Assembly (NCBI GenBank): GCA_964016885.1
Contig: OZ024740.1
Coordinates: 379,936,001-380,000,000 of the forward strand
Direction of reading: 5' to 3'
Source of the DNA: Eledone cirrhosa
Lineage: Eukaryota
DNA length: 64,000 nucleotides
Numbering within the stretch: the first letter of the stretch is position 1; each line of letters starts with the position of its first letter. A model generated the notes under the pieces. It was not told the DNA's origin. It did no database searches and worked only from the letters and a program-made list of their open reading frames with translations. Positions 1 to 14,136 of this stretch are shown piece by piece. A program made the position numbers and the translations under genes.

Positions 1-3000
1 ATATATTATATATATGTGTGTGTGTTTGTGTGTGTGTGTGTATCTAAATATAAACACACACCACACACTTATGTATATATTTAGTTTAGGAGATTTAATC
101 TAAATAGATTTAGATTGCTGCTATCAGACTTAATGTAATATGTAGCTAGGCTGGTTACTCATTTTAAATGTCTCATTTACTTAGCTGACTCCACCCAGTA
201 GCCATCACAGAACTTGTTGGTGGTTATGCATTAAAATAAACTTTAGTAGAGATTAAAATATATTAACTATTATGAAATTATATCAATCATAAGTATCATT
301 GCACATCTCAAGAAAAATAGAGGAAACACAGACCCCACAATTTCAGGTCACCTAACAGTGAATAAAACCTATATGTTTTAGAGGTTTCTGCTACACAGAA
401 ATTAGCTGCCTCAATCCATCTTGTGAGTGTTACATTCTGACATGCTCAGCATAAATAATCTTGAATCACCCTACTCTCATCTAATGCTTGAGGCTAGTTA
501 TGTTAATATGCTTGACATAAAATGTCTGCAACTTTAAACAATCCATGTCTACATGACAGTATGTATATGTACTGAGGCTTAATGTTAAAAAAATATGAAA
601 TTTATTTGTGCAAGTAGGGTTCCTAAATATTATTGTACATTATTTAAGCCATTTAAATGTGTCTGTATGTATATTTTTGTTTAGAGATTTCATGTCAATC
701 TGCCTATATATCTGGAATTTGTGTGTGATGTATGGTGTGAGCATGTGACAACATCCATTTTCATGAAATGACACAAATATGATATCAAGTAGACAAATAG
801 CTAGTGTGTGAAGTGTGGAGAGATTTATTGTAAAAATAGATATGTGTGTTTATGTATACTTTTTCTCTGCTTATGATTTCACATAAATTATCACATTAAT
901 AATTAGTTGGCCTGTGAAAAATATTAAGATAGCTAAATAATTTCATTTAGCTATCTCTTTGATGTGTATTCTTGGGACATTTTTATTTTTCATATTTTTT
1001 AAAAATATTTTATAAAACAATCTAATTTAAGATACATTGTCAGCATTAGAAACAAAATTAAAACAAGAAAAAAAAAGACATTGATAAACTTAAGAGATCA
1101 GATAGAAATTAATAAAAAATAGAAGAGATAATCTCTGTAAAAATTGCCATCAGAAATTAAGCAACACTATATACATGCAGTTTGAAAATAACAAAATATT
1201 TTTTTTTGTCTCACAAGGTAAAAAATATTTTTAACCAATAATATTTTTGAAAAACAAACAAAACAACACCATAGCACTGAAATGGTTGCTATAATTAATT
1301 TTCTCATAAACGAACAATTAAGTTCTTCCTGAAACAATGATGAACTCATCAACTTTTCACTAATACTAATAAGTATTAAAATGTTAAGAAATAGATGTGA
1401 AAGTAGTTATTTGTTATGTACACTATTTTGATAAGCTTTCATTGTTTTTATCACTGGAAAACATTGGAATTCTGTCGAACAATTGACAGTATGCTCTTTA
1501 TTCTTTTTAAAATCATTATTGTTATTACTTCCATTATCAATGTTTCATGGTGAGTGCAAGTAGAATAGACGTTAGTTATCAGTGATCTATGCCTGAAATC
1601 CAGTTTTGATTCCTGGATGGAAATGCTTATATTACTTACAATGCTAATATTCTTGGGGAAAAGGTATAAATGTCACAACTTCCCAATTCCCCTCCCACTA
1701 AAAGATCAGGTTTCATGCTTATATGGAAAGCAATTATTTTTGTTAGTGTTTTGTGGAAAAGAGTGGTTTAAACTCTAACACATATGTCAGTATGAAAATA
1801 GAATTGACTTTTATCAAAAATGCTATTATATTTCTTCATATGTTATGTTACATGAATTTTGAAATTTTTTAGATATTATTCCACAAAATATATAGATGCC
1901 TAAAGATTTAGGCTGGATACCCAACGAAAATTTGCTATGGCACTGATCATATATCTTTAATGATATACTGATATAGGGCTAAATTTAAAAGCATTTAAAA
2001 CTTCAGAAATATTTCACAAAATCCACAAAGAATATCATGGTACTATTGATGTAATAGAAATTGAATTAGTATGCACCAATCTCAGTTTAACTATTCAGAA
2101 GAAATTTATAGTTTTTTTAGAAGATTCATATAACAATTCGAACACCTGAACCATCATTATTGAATTGACATCACTTTGCTTTCATCTTCATCCACCTATA
2201 TTACTACTTCAGATATATATTCCTACATCAGGTATCCATCACACTTGAATGTTAATAGATTCTGTAGCCAAAGAGATGTGCGTTTATGTTTACAAGATCT
2301 GACATTGTTACACTTATGTTAATATCATCTTACACTAAATGTCTATAGAAATAAAATCTATGGGAATCAGTACAGATATTTTCAAATTAAGTAATAAAGA
2401 GTTGGTCGCAGTGTTATTTCTTAAATGTCATGCAGTACCACGGACAGCTTTATTAAAAAAAAAAACCTCTGATGATAAAAATAGCATAATTACAGATCAT
2501 CAGAATATATTTGTCAGGTGCATTGTACATAGACAGTCATAAAATGGTAGAAGCTGAAGTGGTCCAAAGAAAAATATACATGGAATACAGTTGACAGGTT
2601 AAAACACTAACAATTATGGAAAGTGTCTTTTACAATTGCAAGTTGAATAAAAACTTGCAGATGTTTAGAATATGTTGTAAATTATTCAGCTGGTTTATTG
2701 ATGGTTACAATGTTCACTCACAATTTAAGTTACAATTGGATATACTGATGAGTTTCATTTCCTTTTTTTATATTTATATTTTGATATAGTATTTAAATAT
2801 CATTTGAATCTTTCTGAACACAAGAGGGCAATAGAGAAACAATATAGCCACCAACAAATAAAAAAAAAAAAGAAACAAGGGAAGGAATATACAAATTTAG
2901 ACAATTTAACAATACTATAAAAAATAAATTAAATCTTTTTTTCATCAAAGGTTAAAATTGACAATTAAAAATAATAATTGGAAGATGAATATTCAAAAAC

Positions 3001-3563
3001 ATAAAAAGTAAAAAATAAAATAAAAATAAACCTGCTCCATGACTTAGAAGAATTACATAATACATTACATAAAACATTTTACCGAAAATATCTGGTTAAT
3101 AAAGCTGAGACATTGTTTTCAAAACATTGGTTTATATAGACACACACATATGTATATATTTATAGATGTGTATAAATAACAATGCATGTATGCATAGACA
3201 CCCATATATACACATTTATAAATATGTGTGTATGTATATATATGTATGCAGTTGATTGTTTCATGATACCCAGATCTGTGAGATATTTCAAAATAGCTAA
3301 AATTTATCATTAAACAGTATGCCACCTCTGGCTTCTTTTTTCTGCAATTTCAACAAATAGACTTTCATTTTCCTTGTTTTAAGATTTTTTTAATTTGTTT
3401 TAAAAATTAAACATTTCAAAATACAAAATTTGACATTTTAAGAAACGTATATTATATATATTCATATATATTACACATATAAATGTATATTACACATATA
3501 AATGTATATTACATATATAAATGTATATTACATATATAAATGTATATTATATATACATACACA

Positions 3564-3649
<86 letters not shown>

Positions 3650-3761
3650 TAGAGCTATAAGTATTGAAGTGTATTGAATGCATAATATACACATCCAGAA
3701 ATCTAGTAAATAACAGCAAAACATTTTCATTCACGTCTCTATCTACATGTATATGTGTTTT

Positions 3762-3804
<43 letters not shown>

Positions 3805-6721
3805 CATGTGTGTGTATACATACATACATACATACATTCATACATATACTTAATTTATAGTACACTGAATTTTAGAGCAATATTTATAAAGTAAGACTAT
3901 ATATAGATATGCTTTAAGAGATCTTTATTTGATAGATTTTGACTTACTTTTATGAAAAGTAAACACTTTAATATAAATATTTTAAAATATACTTTATTTT
4001 TATTTCATGATATTTTTTACATCCTGTTCTATTATTAATTATTATTAAAAGATGACTTTATGCCTCATTTTAGAGTATATATTTTCAAGCTACAATACAT
4101 GTACATATATAAATGGAGACTGTATTATACTATAATTATAATCTACACAGCTTCATTAATGACTTTTAAATTATATTGAAGATAATTTTATATTAGTTAC
4201 AGTGCTTGCTGCCAAAATTAGATTTTCATATTTCTATTGCTTTTTCTCTTATCTAAACCTTAATAACAAAGACAATCTAAGTATCAATTTGTGCCATTGC
4301 GATATAAAATATGTTAATTTGTTGCATTGGGTTCAAATAATACCTTAATTTAGCTTGAAAAATTATAGATTTTGAAAGTCTGAATTACAACTACACATGA
4401 TGAAAACTTCTGTGATGTACTAATTGACCAATGAATGGGTTATATGGCATTCCATTCATATTAAAACACCTTAAACATTTTAGTTTCCTAATAATTATTC
4501 AACTAGTTCAATCACTGACAAATACCATATGTAGTCTGTCAAATGTAGACCTTATTTTCTAAATATGTTTTAACATAAAAGATTTAAAAATGTGTTTGTA
4601 AGGGTCTATTGAATCAACTTTATATGAATGAAAAGCAAAGTCGACTTTAGCAGAACAGCACGGTGCAAAACTTGTCACAATAAAACAATTATTTTGACTT
4701 GGTTTCGGTTTAGTTCATTGATATGTTATTAGCATTAACTGTCCAATATATATATATATATATATATATATTAGATTAAGTTATCCTATATGAACATCTA
4801 GTTCAGGTTTTATTGTTGCAGTATTCATGTTAACTCTGTACATTATCGTTATTATCATTGCAACATCAAATATCTTTAACATAACCTTCTGCATTAGTAT
4901 CACCATCAAGTAATAGAAGCTAAAAGTATGGAAATTTTATATATATCAACAAAATTAGAATGGTATTTCAGCATATATATATATATACATATCAAATCCC
5001 TTTTACTTATACAACTAAAATAAATGCCTCAGATTTACACACAGATTCCCACACACTTGTGTATACAAAAATTCATATCTATACATTTACTGGCATATAC
5101 AGATACTACAGACACATACTTTTATATATGGCTTTGAAAGAAAGTGAGCCAAATAGAATTTAAATAATAAAAATAAATGTTAAGTTAAAAAGTCAAATGA
5201 TAAAATTCTGCCATTTTGAAAGAATATATATGTTTCGAAAATAATATAATAAAAATATGGAAAAATAAACCAAAAAGACTATTTCCAAAAACAATTTTGA
5301 CCAACAAAATAAAACACCCTTTATACGAAAAGGAACAGCTGATTGCAGTAATTAAAAATATATATATATATTATTTAATCTCTTGGAATTTTTTTTATAT
5401 TTTTTAAATTTATTTTTTAAACAATGAATTTAAGGGAATATCTAGGTAAAAAATACTGCTGGTTGATATTGATATTGATATTATTCAGGGTAAATTTTAG
5501 GGTAAATATTGGCTATGAATATCTTTTTTTTTTTGTTTTGCTTTTCTTTGAAATTTCCTGTTATATTCTTCAAAAAATGTACAATGGATTCACATACATT
5601 ACTGATGTGATAAAAGTGGCATAGCCACATCAAAAGCCTGACAACATGCATAGAAAATGTCTAAACTATAGCTAGCAATATATTACAGATCTTTGGGAAG
5701 GTAAATAGATTAAAAAAAACCTACACCAGGAACTGACTTTATGAAATTGCTCTTCAAAAGATGAAAGTAAACTGTCCCAAAGATTGGATCAAATAAAGTG
5801 TAGCCAAATTAATATGCCAAAAAACTAAACAATTTAGTTTTGTAGTCAACCTGAAGATTACATAGAATGGGGGCTAAACAAAAGTTGAAACAATGTTGTG
5901 GAGGGAGTGAAGATTATAATTGTAGGTGATAATGCAGTTGTTATTTGTGATATATATATATATATATATATATATTATCTGTCTCATAATTTGTTAAAAA
6001 AGTTAAAATTCAAGTAAAATTCATTTTCTTCTCTAAATGACGGAAGAAGGAGAGAAGTGAAAATATACGACAAAACATTCACCCTCACAGTATCCCTAAA
6101 TATTCTGGATTATGATCAATATATTTTCCCTCTTCGTGAACCACATAATCATATGATTGTGTCTTAAAATTCTGTTTACACATATATGCATGCATACATA
6201 CACATATATGCTTGCATACATACACACACACGTGTATATATATATATATACATACATACATACATACATACATACATACATACATACATACATACATACA
6301 TACATACATACATACATACATACACTCACACATTTTTGAAAGTTTAGAAAAAAATATAAATTAAGCAGAGCAAATACAATAACAAATGTTATCACTAGAT
6401 AAATTTCTGCAAAGTTATGAAAGTATTGTGGCTTCAAATTTCAAATACATATTTTCTCCCTATTACTTTAATATATTATATTGCATGAATAAGCATAATA
6501 CATGCATATCATCCTTGCATATACTGTGTATATATATATATTTACACTGCTAGTATGATTATATATGTGCTTGCATTTGCCAAAATGAAAATTTTATGTA
6601 TATATATTTAGCATAAGGAATTGAGACAAATTTAATATGGAATCATTATCATTTTATGTTACTAAACTTAAATTTAAAATATGTAAGTTATGCACAGACA
6701 CACACACACACTCCCGCATGC

Positions 6722-6784
<63 letters not shown>

Positions 6785-6789
6785 ATGTA

Positions 6790-6876
<87 letters not shown>

Positions 6877-6891
6877 ATGTACATATGCACG

Positions 6892-6930
<39 letters not shown>

Positions 6931-7413
6931 TTCCAATTTTAAACCATAAATATGTTTGAACTTTTAAATTCTTTTAAAATACCATTAGATTTTGGCAATA
7001 ACATTTATGTAAGTTGTAGGTGACCATATCCCCTTAAGAGTATCAGTTTGATCTAACTTGTAAAAGTTCGTGAAGATGGAAAATATCTTTAATTGAAGCA
7101 CTGCGCCTGACTCCATAATGAAATATCAGGTTAGTGATTAATAATGGCAAATCTGACTTTAAATGTCCATGCCAATAAAAACATTTTTATCTGATATCAT
7201 AACAGTGAAGCCAACGACTCCCCCCTCCCCTCTCTCTCTTCCTTCTGTCCTCTAATAAAAAAAAAAAAACAAGCAATATTTCCCATTTCTCCTTTTCTAA
7301 TATATAAAAACCTTAGTGCTTATTACATCTCACTTTTTTTTAGGCAGGTTGTTTGTTACTTCATACAGTTGTTATAAAGATTCATGTGAAAATCTGTATA
7401 TATATATATAAAC

Positions 7414-7482
<69 letters not shown>

Positions 7483-7866
7483 AGTGTTTACTCTTTTAAA
7501 TTTTTGATAATATTCATAATCCAAATGTTATACAGAAAATAAATTATTACCAATTATCTTATAAATTTTAGTTTGTTTTATTATTTTTGTTGAAGTATTT
7601 GTTTCAGATACACAAAATTTGCAGATTGTTGGATTCACAGGGCAACATTGCATATCTTCTTTAGTTGTATTGTTTTAATAGTGGGTAAACCCTATTCTAG
7701 CACATGCATACATACACACACGCCTGTAATATACATTAAACAAATTCATACAAAGGTAGGAGAAATAATTTAGAGATATTTTAATGGTAAATAAAATAAT
7801 TATTAAAGAGAAGAAATACAAATGATATTTTCAGCATTAAAAAATAAAAAAGATATTGTGAAGTTA

Positions 7867-9576
7867 TCAGTTGGCAACAAGTAAATGATGGAATTGGTTG
7901 TTATATGCAGGATTGCCTATGTTGCTCAGAGCTTCTATGAAAGACTTACGACTGTCTGGAACTAAAGGGTTGTTTGGACTTAAAGTGTTGGGCATAAAAT
8001 CAGTGAAGGGCAAGCTGCCATGAGCTGGAGACAGTTGGAAAGGGTTTGAAAGTGGGGGCTGGTAAAAATCCCGAAGAGTCAAACCAGTTGATGATGGAGA
8101 GGGCAGAGGTGGTTGGGGAGATTGTTGGTGAGGTTGCGTTTGTGAGTTTCCCTGTTGTAAGAGAGTCTGATTGAGTTGTTGGTGGTGAGGTAGAGGAGAA
8201 GTTGCTGACACATCATGAGAGGATGCTGGTGAGAGCAGATTTGACTGAGAAGCAACTATTGGTTTCTGATTCATAGATGCTATATATCTATGATGTGGAT
8301 GCTGAACTTGCTGTTGTTGTGGCTGTTGATGGTGTTGATCAAATAAAAAATCAATCCTTGGATCACGTGGGGAAAGAGATCTGGGTCGACTGGCCAATGT
8401 TGTGCCTGGAGCTGATGAACCTGGGCTCGGGTGGCCAAAACCCATACCAACTCGTAGTGCAGAATTAGCTAAAGTTGGGGAAACACCAACTGTAGGTACA
8501 CTTGATGAGGGTCCAGGTCCAATTAGACTACCACCAGTAGGGGTTACTGGTGAAGACTGGAGGGATGAACCAGCAGCTCTTTGTCGGAAGTAATTTCGGA
8601 ATTCAATAGGAGATAATCTAGTTGGACGTTTAACCTGGCTCTTCAGTTTGGTTGAGCCAAACTTAGTCTGTGCAAATGATGAGGCTGTGAATTGTGGAGA
8701 TGTTAGATTTGGTTTGGTTAAAAAAGATGTAGGCCGTGAGGCAATGACAGGTGTAGCATTGGTGATGACTGGACTAGACAGCTGACAAGATGGCACAGTT
8801 GCAGAAGGAGAAACAGGGGCTGCAGCAGTTGAAATGTTAGTATTTGAATTGTTTGCATTGTTACTGGCGGTGTTATTACTATTGTTGTTGTTGTTGTCAG
8901 ATACAGACAAATTATTTATGGCAACAACAGTAGTAGAAACAGCTTCAGGAGATGGAGCATGAACAACAGTGACTGTTGTTGAGCCAGGAGCTTGGTTATT
9001 AACAGTGGACAAATTAGTACTTGCAGTTGAATTGAAGAGAGTAGTGGACGGGGAGGCAGCTGTACTCCAGCCAGCTGGTGAAGTTGGGGATGATGGAGAT
9101 AGACTCAAACTGCTCAATGAAGATGATACTGAATCTATTGGCTTAAAGCATTGAGCTTCTGGATTAAAACCTTTATTTGCTGCCTGTACCTCATGATCAA
9201 CTGTATCAAGAAGTTCATCATCTTTCTTGTCACTATATAAGATTTTGACGGTGCCTTTCTCACTAAGGCGGTATGAGACCTCAGACGGATCAATCCAAAG
9301 GGTTAAATCTGCTGGTAGATAGCTTCTGACTTCACCAATCTCTAAGCCACTTCCATAAACAGCTTTCTCAATATCAGGATCAACTTTTTCACCATTAACT
9401 CGGATGCATCGGTAAGCTGAGCCCTTATTGGGTCGCTCAGGATACCAGTGACCATTAAATTTTGTTTTCATACGTTTTTCCAGTTCCTGACCAAACATAT
9501 CCACACGTCGCCGGGGAAGTTTGTTGTAGAGATAAGAAATTATGAAATTAAGAGCCACGGATACTTCAACATGCAT
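7867..9576 (-). CDS. Tob: Tob/BTG-family antiproliferative protein (Tob1/Tob2-like; CAF1/CCR4-NOT and PABP adaptor), 569 aa, single coding exon
   Basis: N-terminal BTG/APRO domain (LNFIISYLYNKLPRRRV...GHWYPERPNKGSAYRCI...LPADLTLWIDPSEVSYRL), PAM2 motif GFNPEAQCFKPI, Tob-specific FTASSFAQTKFGSTKLK, Q/P/S-rich tail ending LLVAN; AAAC-ATG start context; tandem TGA TAA stops. Confidence 0.97.
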   Translation of the reverse strand: MHVEVSVALNFIISYLYNKLPRRRVDMFGQELEKRMKTKFNGHWYPERPNKGSAYRCIRVNGEKVDPDIEKAVYGSGLEIGEVRSYLPADLTLWIDPSEVSYRLSEKGTVKILYSDKKDDELLDTVDHEVQAANKGFNPEAQCFKPIDSVSSSLSSLSLSPSSPTSPAGWSTAASPSTTLFNSTASTNLSTVNNQAPGSTTVTVVHAPSPEAVSTTVVAINNLSVSDNNNNNSNNTASNNANNSNTNISTAAAPVSPSATVPSCQLSSPVITNATPVIASRPTSFLTKPNLTSPQFTASSFAQTKFGSTKLKSQVKRPTRLSPIEFRNYFRQRAAGSSLQSSPVTPTGGSLIGPGPSSSVPTVGVSPTLANSALRVGMGFGHPSPGSSAPGTTLASRPRSLSPRDPRIDFLFDQHHQQPQQQQVQHPHHRYIASMNQKPIVASQSNLLSPASSHDVSATSPLPHHQQLNQTLLQQGNSQTQPHQQSPQPPLPSPSSTGLTLRDFYQPPLSNPFQLSPAHGSLPFTDFMPNTLSPNNPLVPDSRKSFIEALSNIGNPAYNNQFHHLLVAN

Positions 9577-9706
9577 GTTTTAGCTTCTTAGAAACAATGT
9601 CAAAGATGCAATGTAATAGCTTGTAGTCAAGATTTTTTCTGTTATTTTTCAGGTTGCTTCTTTGGCAAGTTAAATACAATTTTCACAAAGGTTTTATCAC
9701 GTTCTC

Positions 9707-9733
9707 CTGAAAATAGACAAAGAAAAGAAAAAA
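9707..9733 (-). other. 3' splice acceptor of the Tob coding exon (exon begins at 9706; 130 nt of 5' UTR with no upstream ATG)
   Basis: Minus strand reads TTTTTTCTTTTCTTTGTCTATTTTCAG|GAGAAC; vertebrate TOB1/2 also have an intronless CDS preceded by a 5' UTR intron. Confidence 0.8.
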
Positions 9734-10649
9734 TTTAGACTTTGTTGAACAAAATTTGCATGGTAAGAAAATAAATATGTACAATGTACTTCTGTTAAAT
9801 AATTTCAGGACACAAAACAGTCTGTCTTGTTAGCTACCTATCAAACATATATATGTAGATACATATCAACTATATTAAGTCTGTATACCAAGCATATTTC
9901 ATATATTGTATACTTTGTCAAAGCCATGTCTGCTTATTGAAATATAACACAACTATAAGAAACATTTAGAGAAGAATACTTGATTATAAAATATATAGTG
10001 ATGACTTTTATATGAAATTTGTTGAATGCTCAAATAAAATTGATGAGCAACAAATTAAATAACAAATGAGTTATTGTTGCATGCATATGCATCAAACAGA
10101 AAATATGAATTTCAAAGATATTCACTATGTCTCGATTTAGGACATTCAGTTGTGAAACAAATAACATAAAGAGACTTTATATTTATGTTGGTCCAAAAAA
10201 AAAAAAAAGCATGAAATAAATAAATAAATATCTCTACTTTTCATTTTCCCTTCTCTAAAATATTTCAGTCCCTTAGGGATTATTTCTTTATTAAAATGTT
10301 TTTCCCTTCAGTAATAAAAATATTTAGAAGTCTACAAAATACTTTTGCTAGTTTAAGACACTTAGATATTTCATTAGAAGTAGTCACTGTGAACATACTG
10401 TACAAAAATAATGACACAGAAATAATTTTGATTATTTCTTGCAGTTTGATATTAGAAATTATTTTAAACAAATATTTTAATCTTTCATACACTGGGAAGT
10501 GATTAAATGAAAACTGGGTGGGGATTGTATGTGGATATATAAAAAGTAGAACAAAATAAGTAATTGCTATAAGCTAAAAACTGTAGAATAATCTAACATA
10601 CAAAGTTAACTGGCAAAGAATAACAATTGCTTTTATGAAAATTATTCAA

Positions 10650-11239
10650 GGCTGTCTACTCACCTTTGATTAAGTAATGAGAAAAACGAAACAAAAAGAG
10701 AGAAACAAAATATAATACAAGCTATTGTTTAGTTTATTGCAAAACTTATACTTTATAGTAACAAACAAGCCCCTTCGTTGACCATTTCAATCAATGCCTG
10801 TTAAGGGCATAACAGAAAATCTGAATTGACTGCAGAGCTCCTCAGATCAACAACTTCTTGAATCATCACTCTTTCAAAGATAAAGCATTCATTTTGCTTT
10901 TTCTAATGGCTCGAATACATGCAGCTCGACACACCTACATAAACATGTCTGCCACTGATTTTGTCCAAGGAAAGGCAATGGCCGATACATCCTGGCACGA
11001 ATGGCATTGCAACTCATTTCTACAGCTGAATAGACCTGGAGCAATGTGAAATAACATCACCTGGTCCGAGAATGGAACACACACACACCCCTATTGCAAG
11101 CCCAATACTCTAATCACTAAGCCATGTGCCTTCAGATCAACAAAGGACTAATAAATGAGTTTAAATTACATTGCAATGGATTCTATCTTGTAATGATATT
11201 ATTATACAGGATAACCAGTCTAGTAATTTAGAAGTGCAT

Positions 11240-11280
<41 letters not shown>

Positions 11281-11347
11281 AAGAGAAAGAGAGAAAGAGA
11301 GAAAGAGAGAAAGAGAGAAAGAGAGAAAGTGTGTGTGGTGTGTGTGT

Positions 11348-11427
<80 letters not shown>

Positions 11428-12135
11428 TGTGTGTGTGTGTTATGGATGAATAGATGCAAGTATGTATGTATGTTTCCATTTTACTTTCTTTTAATGTTTT
11501 ACCCTGAAGGAAAGGGCAGTGCACATGGTATTTGAAGATTATCCCAAACTGGAAAAAAATATAAAGGTCTGTGCACAAATGTATATGAATATGTGAATTA
11601 TATACATGAAAACATATTTGCCTCAATGCATATATTGCATGTTATTGTACAAATCTAAGTCCTGGCATGCATCCATATAAGATGCAGACCTACATTTATT
11701 GGTTTATACATTGCAGGTCACAGATCTATATAAACACTTAAGATATGAATTATGTTACAATGACATGTCACCCTATACTTAAATGTATCAACTCTGCAAT
11801 TGAAACCAGCCTCAACCAGCCTCTAAACTGCAGAACAATGAATAAATAAACTACCTCAGTGTCCCAGTGTAGCAACAGTTCCTATGTGGTAGACTATTTT
11901 AACACCAACAGCCTTGTATGTCTATGGCAGAGTTTACTCTATTACAAACATTTGTGGTATGTTTCTCTTGCATGAGAATTCCTCAGTTTTAAAAATCACA
12001 GCGACTCACACCGGCTGTCTACTCACCTTTGATTAAGTAATGAGAAAAATGAAACAAAAAAAAAAGAGAAACAAAATAAAATACAAGCTATTGTTTAGTT
12101 TATTGCAAAACTTATACTTTATAGCAACAAACAAG
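10650..12135. repeat. ~120-bp near-identical direct repeat (10650-10769 and 12013-12135)
   Basis: GGCTGTCTACTCACCTTTGATTAAGTAATGAGAAAAA...AAAACTTATACTTTATAG(T/C)AACAAACAAG occurs twice, about 1.36 kb apart. Confidence 0.9.
10945..11070 (-). mobile_element. Degenerate fragment of the tRNA-derived SINE family seen at 44288
   Basis: GCAACTCATTTCTACAGCTGAATAGACCTGGAGCAATGTGAAATAA is the reverse complement of the TTTATTTCAC.TTGCTCC...GAGTTGC body at 44386-44420. Confidence 0.55.
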
Positions 12136-12276
12136 GACAGTTATATTGAACAGGACATTTAGATGTGGATATTTTAAGTGATTCAAATTAGAGCATGATG
12201 ACTCAACTATGAGCAAGGTGGGATTAGAGATTTCATCTGATATTCTGATTGTTGTAGTAATCGATGCCCCCCCCCC

Positions 12277-12307
<31 letters not shown>

Positions 12308-12373
12308 ATATAAACACAAGTAGGAAGTAACTATATGGTTGTATCAAACATGCTTAAACACATATGCATATAT

Positions 12374-12454
<81 letters not shown>

Positions 12455-12759
12455 CTTGTGTGTGTGTGTGTGTACTCGACATGTTTAGAGAAAATGTATT
12501 GAATATGAAGTAGAGCTTTTTATTGAATTGGCCGAAACATGATTTATTGTCACTACTCAAACTTTCTTTCTATATGTGATCATTCAGGCAATAAACAAGT
12601 GAATATTCTTTAACAAAACAGGATGATGTAACATCTTATATTTTTTCTCTTTTCTCTCCCCCAAACACACAAATAAAACCAGATAGTTCAATGTTTCAAT
12701 ATAACAGATACTGAATCTCAAAAGTTAAGATGAAAAATGTAGGGGAAATATGTGAAGTT

Positions 12760-13135
12760 TTCCCTTAGATCTTTGGAGAGCAGCCCGGTGCAATTCCAAC
12801 TGGGAAGAAGACATCAAAGTTACAAACTTCTAGTTGAAAGAGTGAAGTGAATTGAATTGACTGATGCTGATTTGTTCACAAATCCCGGTACTGTGGCCTG
12901 CAATGCAGAGGAAAGGAAGACAAACAAATACTGAGGATTGTCCAGCTGCTTCGGGTCACTGTCAAGACCTCAGGCATACTCGGTCCCTTTACTGCTGAGC
13001 TCCTCTGCAAAATTGGAATGTCAGCAGCCCATTTGAGGAAGCAGCTCCGCAAGGTGAGGTGGCTGTTGCAGCAGGTGTCACTGGCTATTGTCCACGGAAA
13101 TGCTTTTACGGTCTTGTCTGCAGGGCACAGAGCCG
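12760..13135 (+). mobile_element. Decayed 3' end of a CRE-like non-LTR retrotransposon (restriction-like endonuclease region)
   Basis: Frames give PGTVACNAEERKTNKY*GL, VKTSGILGPFTAELLCKIG and WLLQQVSLAIVHGNAFTVL, matching the AE..K..KY / ET.G..G / QR.S.A..RGNA pattern of CRE-clade RLE domains; stops and frameshifts present. Confidence 0.7.
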
Positions 13136-13986
13136 ATCATCCTCCTCCTTCTCCCTCCCATCCATCTGTGGCCTTAGAGCCCTTTCTTTTCCCTTTTTAA
13201 ATATTTGTAGTGTTTTTCTAATTATTTTATAATCATTCATTCATGTAGTTAATCATTATTTTATTAAAGAACTACATTGCTGTGAAAGTGAAAGTCAAAT
13301 TTAATGAGGTATTAACTCAGACCATAGAGGGACAGATGCAAATGCTGAAGGGTTTCTAATTCAGGCATTAAATGTTTATATCAAATCAATCTCTTACATA
13401 CATATTTAGTGCTAAGATACTTGGAAAATATTTCAAGTATATTCATTTCATATTATATTATAATATCTAATTCAAGCCATAGAGTTTTGATTTTGTAGTA
13501 AAAAAAAAGCATTGAAAAAGTTTTGATCTTGTGGCAAAATTTCCAAGTTCTGAAGACAATGAGAATTAGATAAATATATTTTGCAAAATGAAATAACTGA
13601 AATAAGATTAATAAAACTACATAGGGAAAATACTTTAATATATTGCTACTTTCTCTCCTCTGCTCTAGCTGAAGTTAAGATGTTTTTCTTTGATAACTGC
13701 ATTTTCAAACTTTTGCACCTATTAATAGTGTACAGAGTTAAATAAGTATATAGATGCATATATTCTAGAATTTACTATCATTTAGCTAACAAATATCTCC
13801 AAAGCACATGAATGTCACACTTTAAACATCTTTGTTTCAAAATTTAATCGTAATACTAAATAAAATTGTTACTATTTTGATATATTTTCTCTTTTTACTT
13901 TGTATCTTTTTATGTATACCATATCAGTGAAACAACTTTATATATGCACTTCATATACTTCCATATGTTACAATTATGTATGTTAT

Positions 13987-14136
13987 CAGGACCAGATTAT
14001 GAGCGTTAGAGGTCCTAAGCACTGAAACAATTATGGCAACCCACCTACTGTATATGGAAAGAAAATTTCTATGAGGCCCCTTTTATTCAAGGCCCTAAGC
14101 ACAGGTTTATGTTGCTTAATGGTTAATCCAGGGCTG
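13987..14136 (+). mobile_element. Old hAT-type MITE
   Basis: Imperfect TIRs CAGGACCAGATTA / TAATCCAGGGCTG; flanks TATGTTAT and TACATTAT resemble a decayed 8-bp TSD; internal GGCCCTAAGCAC/GAGGCCCC motifs shared with the 26803 and 61458 copies. Confidence 0.6.

Noticed and set aside
1-7866. Tob polyadenylation site and miRNA/Pumilio sites
   Set aside because: Many chance matches in AT-rich sequence; the 3' end cannot be fixed without transcript data
8277-9154. Short plus-strand ORFs overlapping Tob
   Set aside because: Antisense shadows of the real CDS
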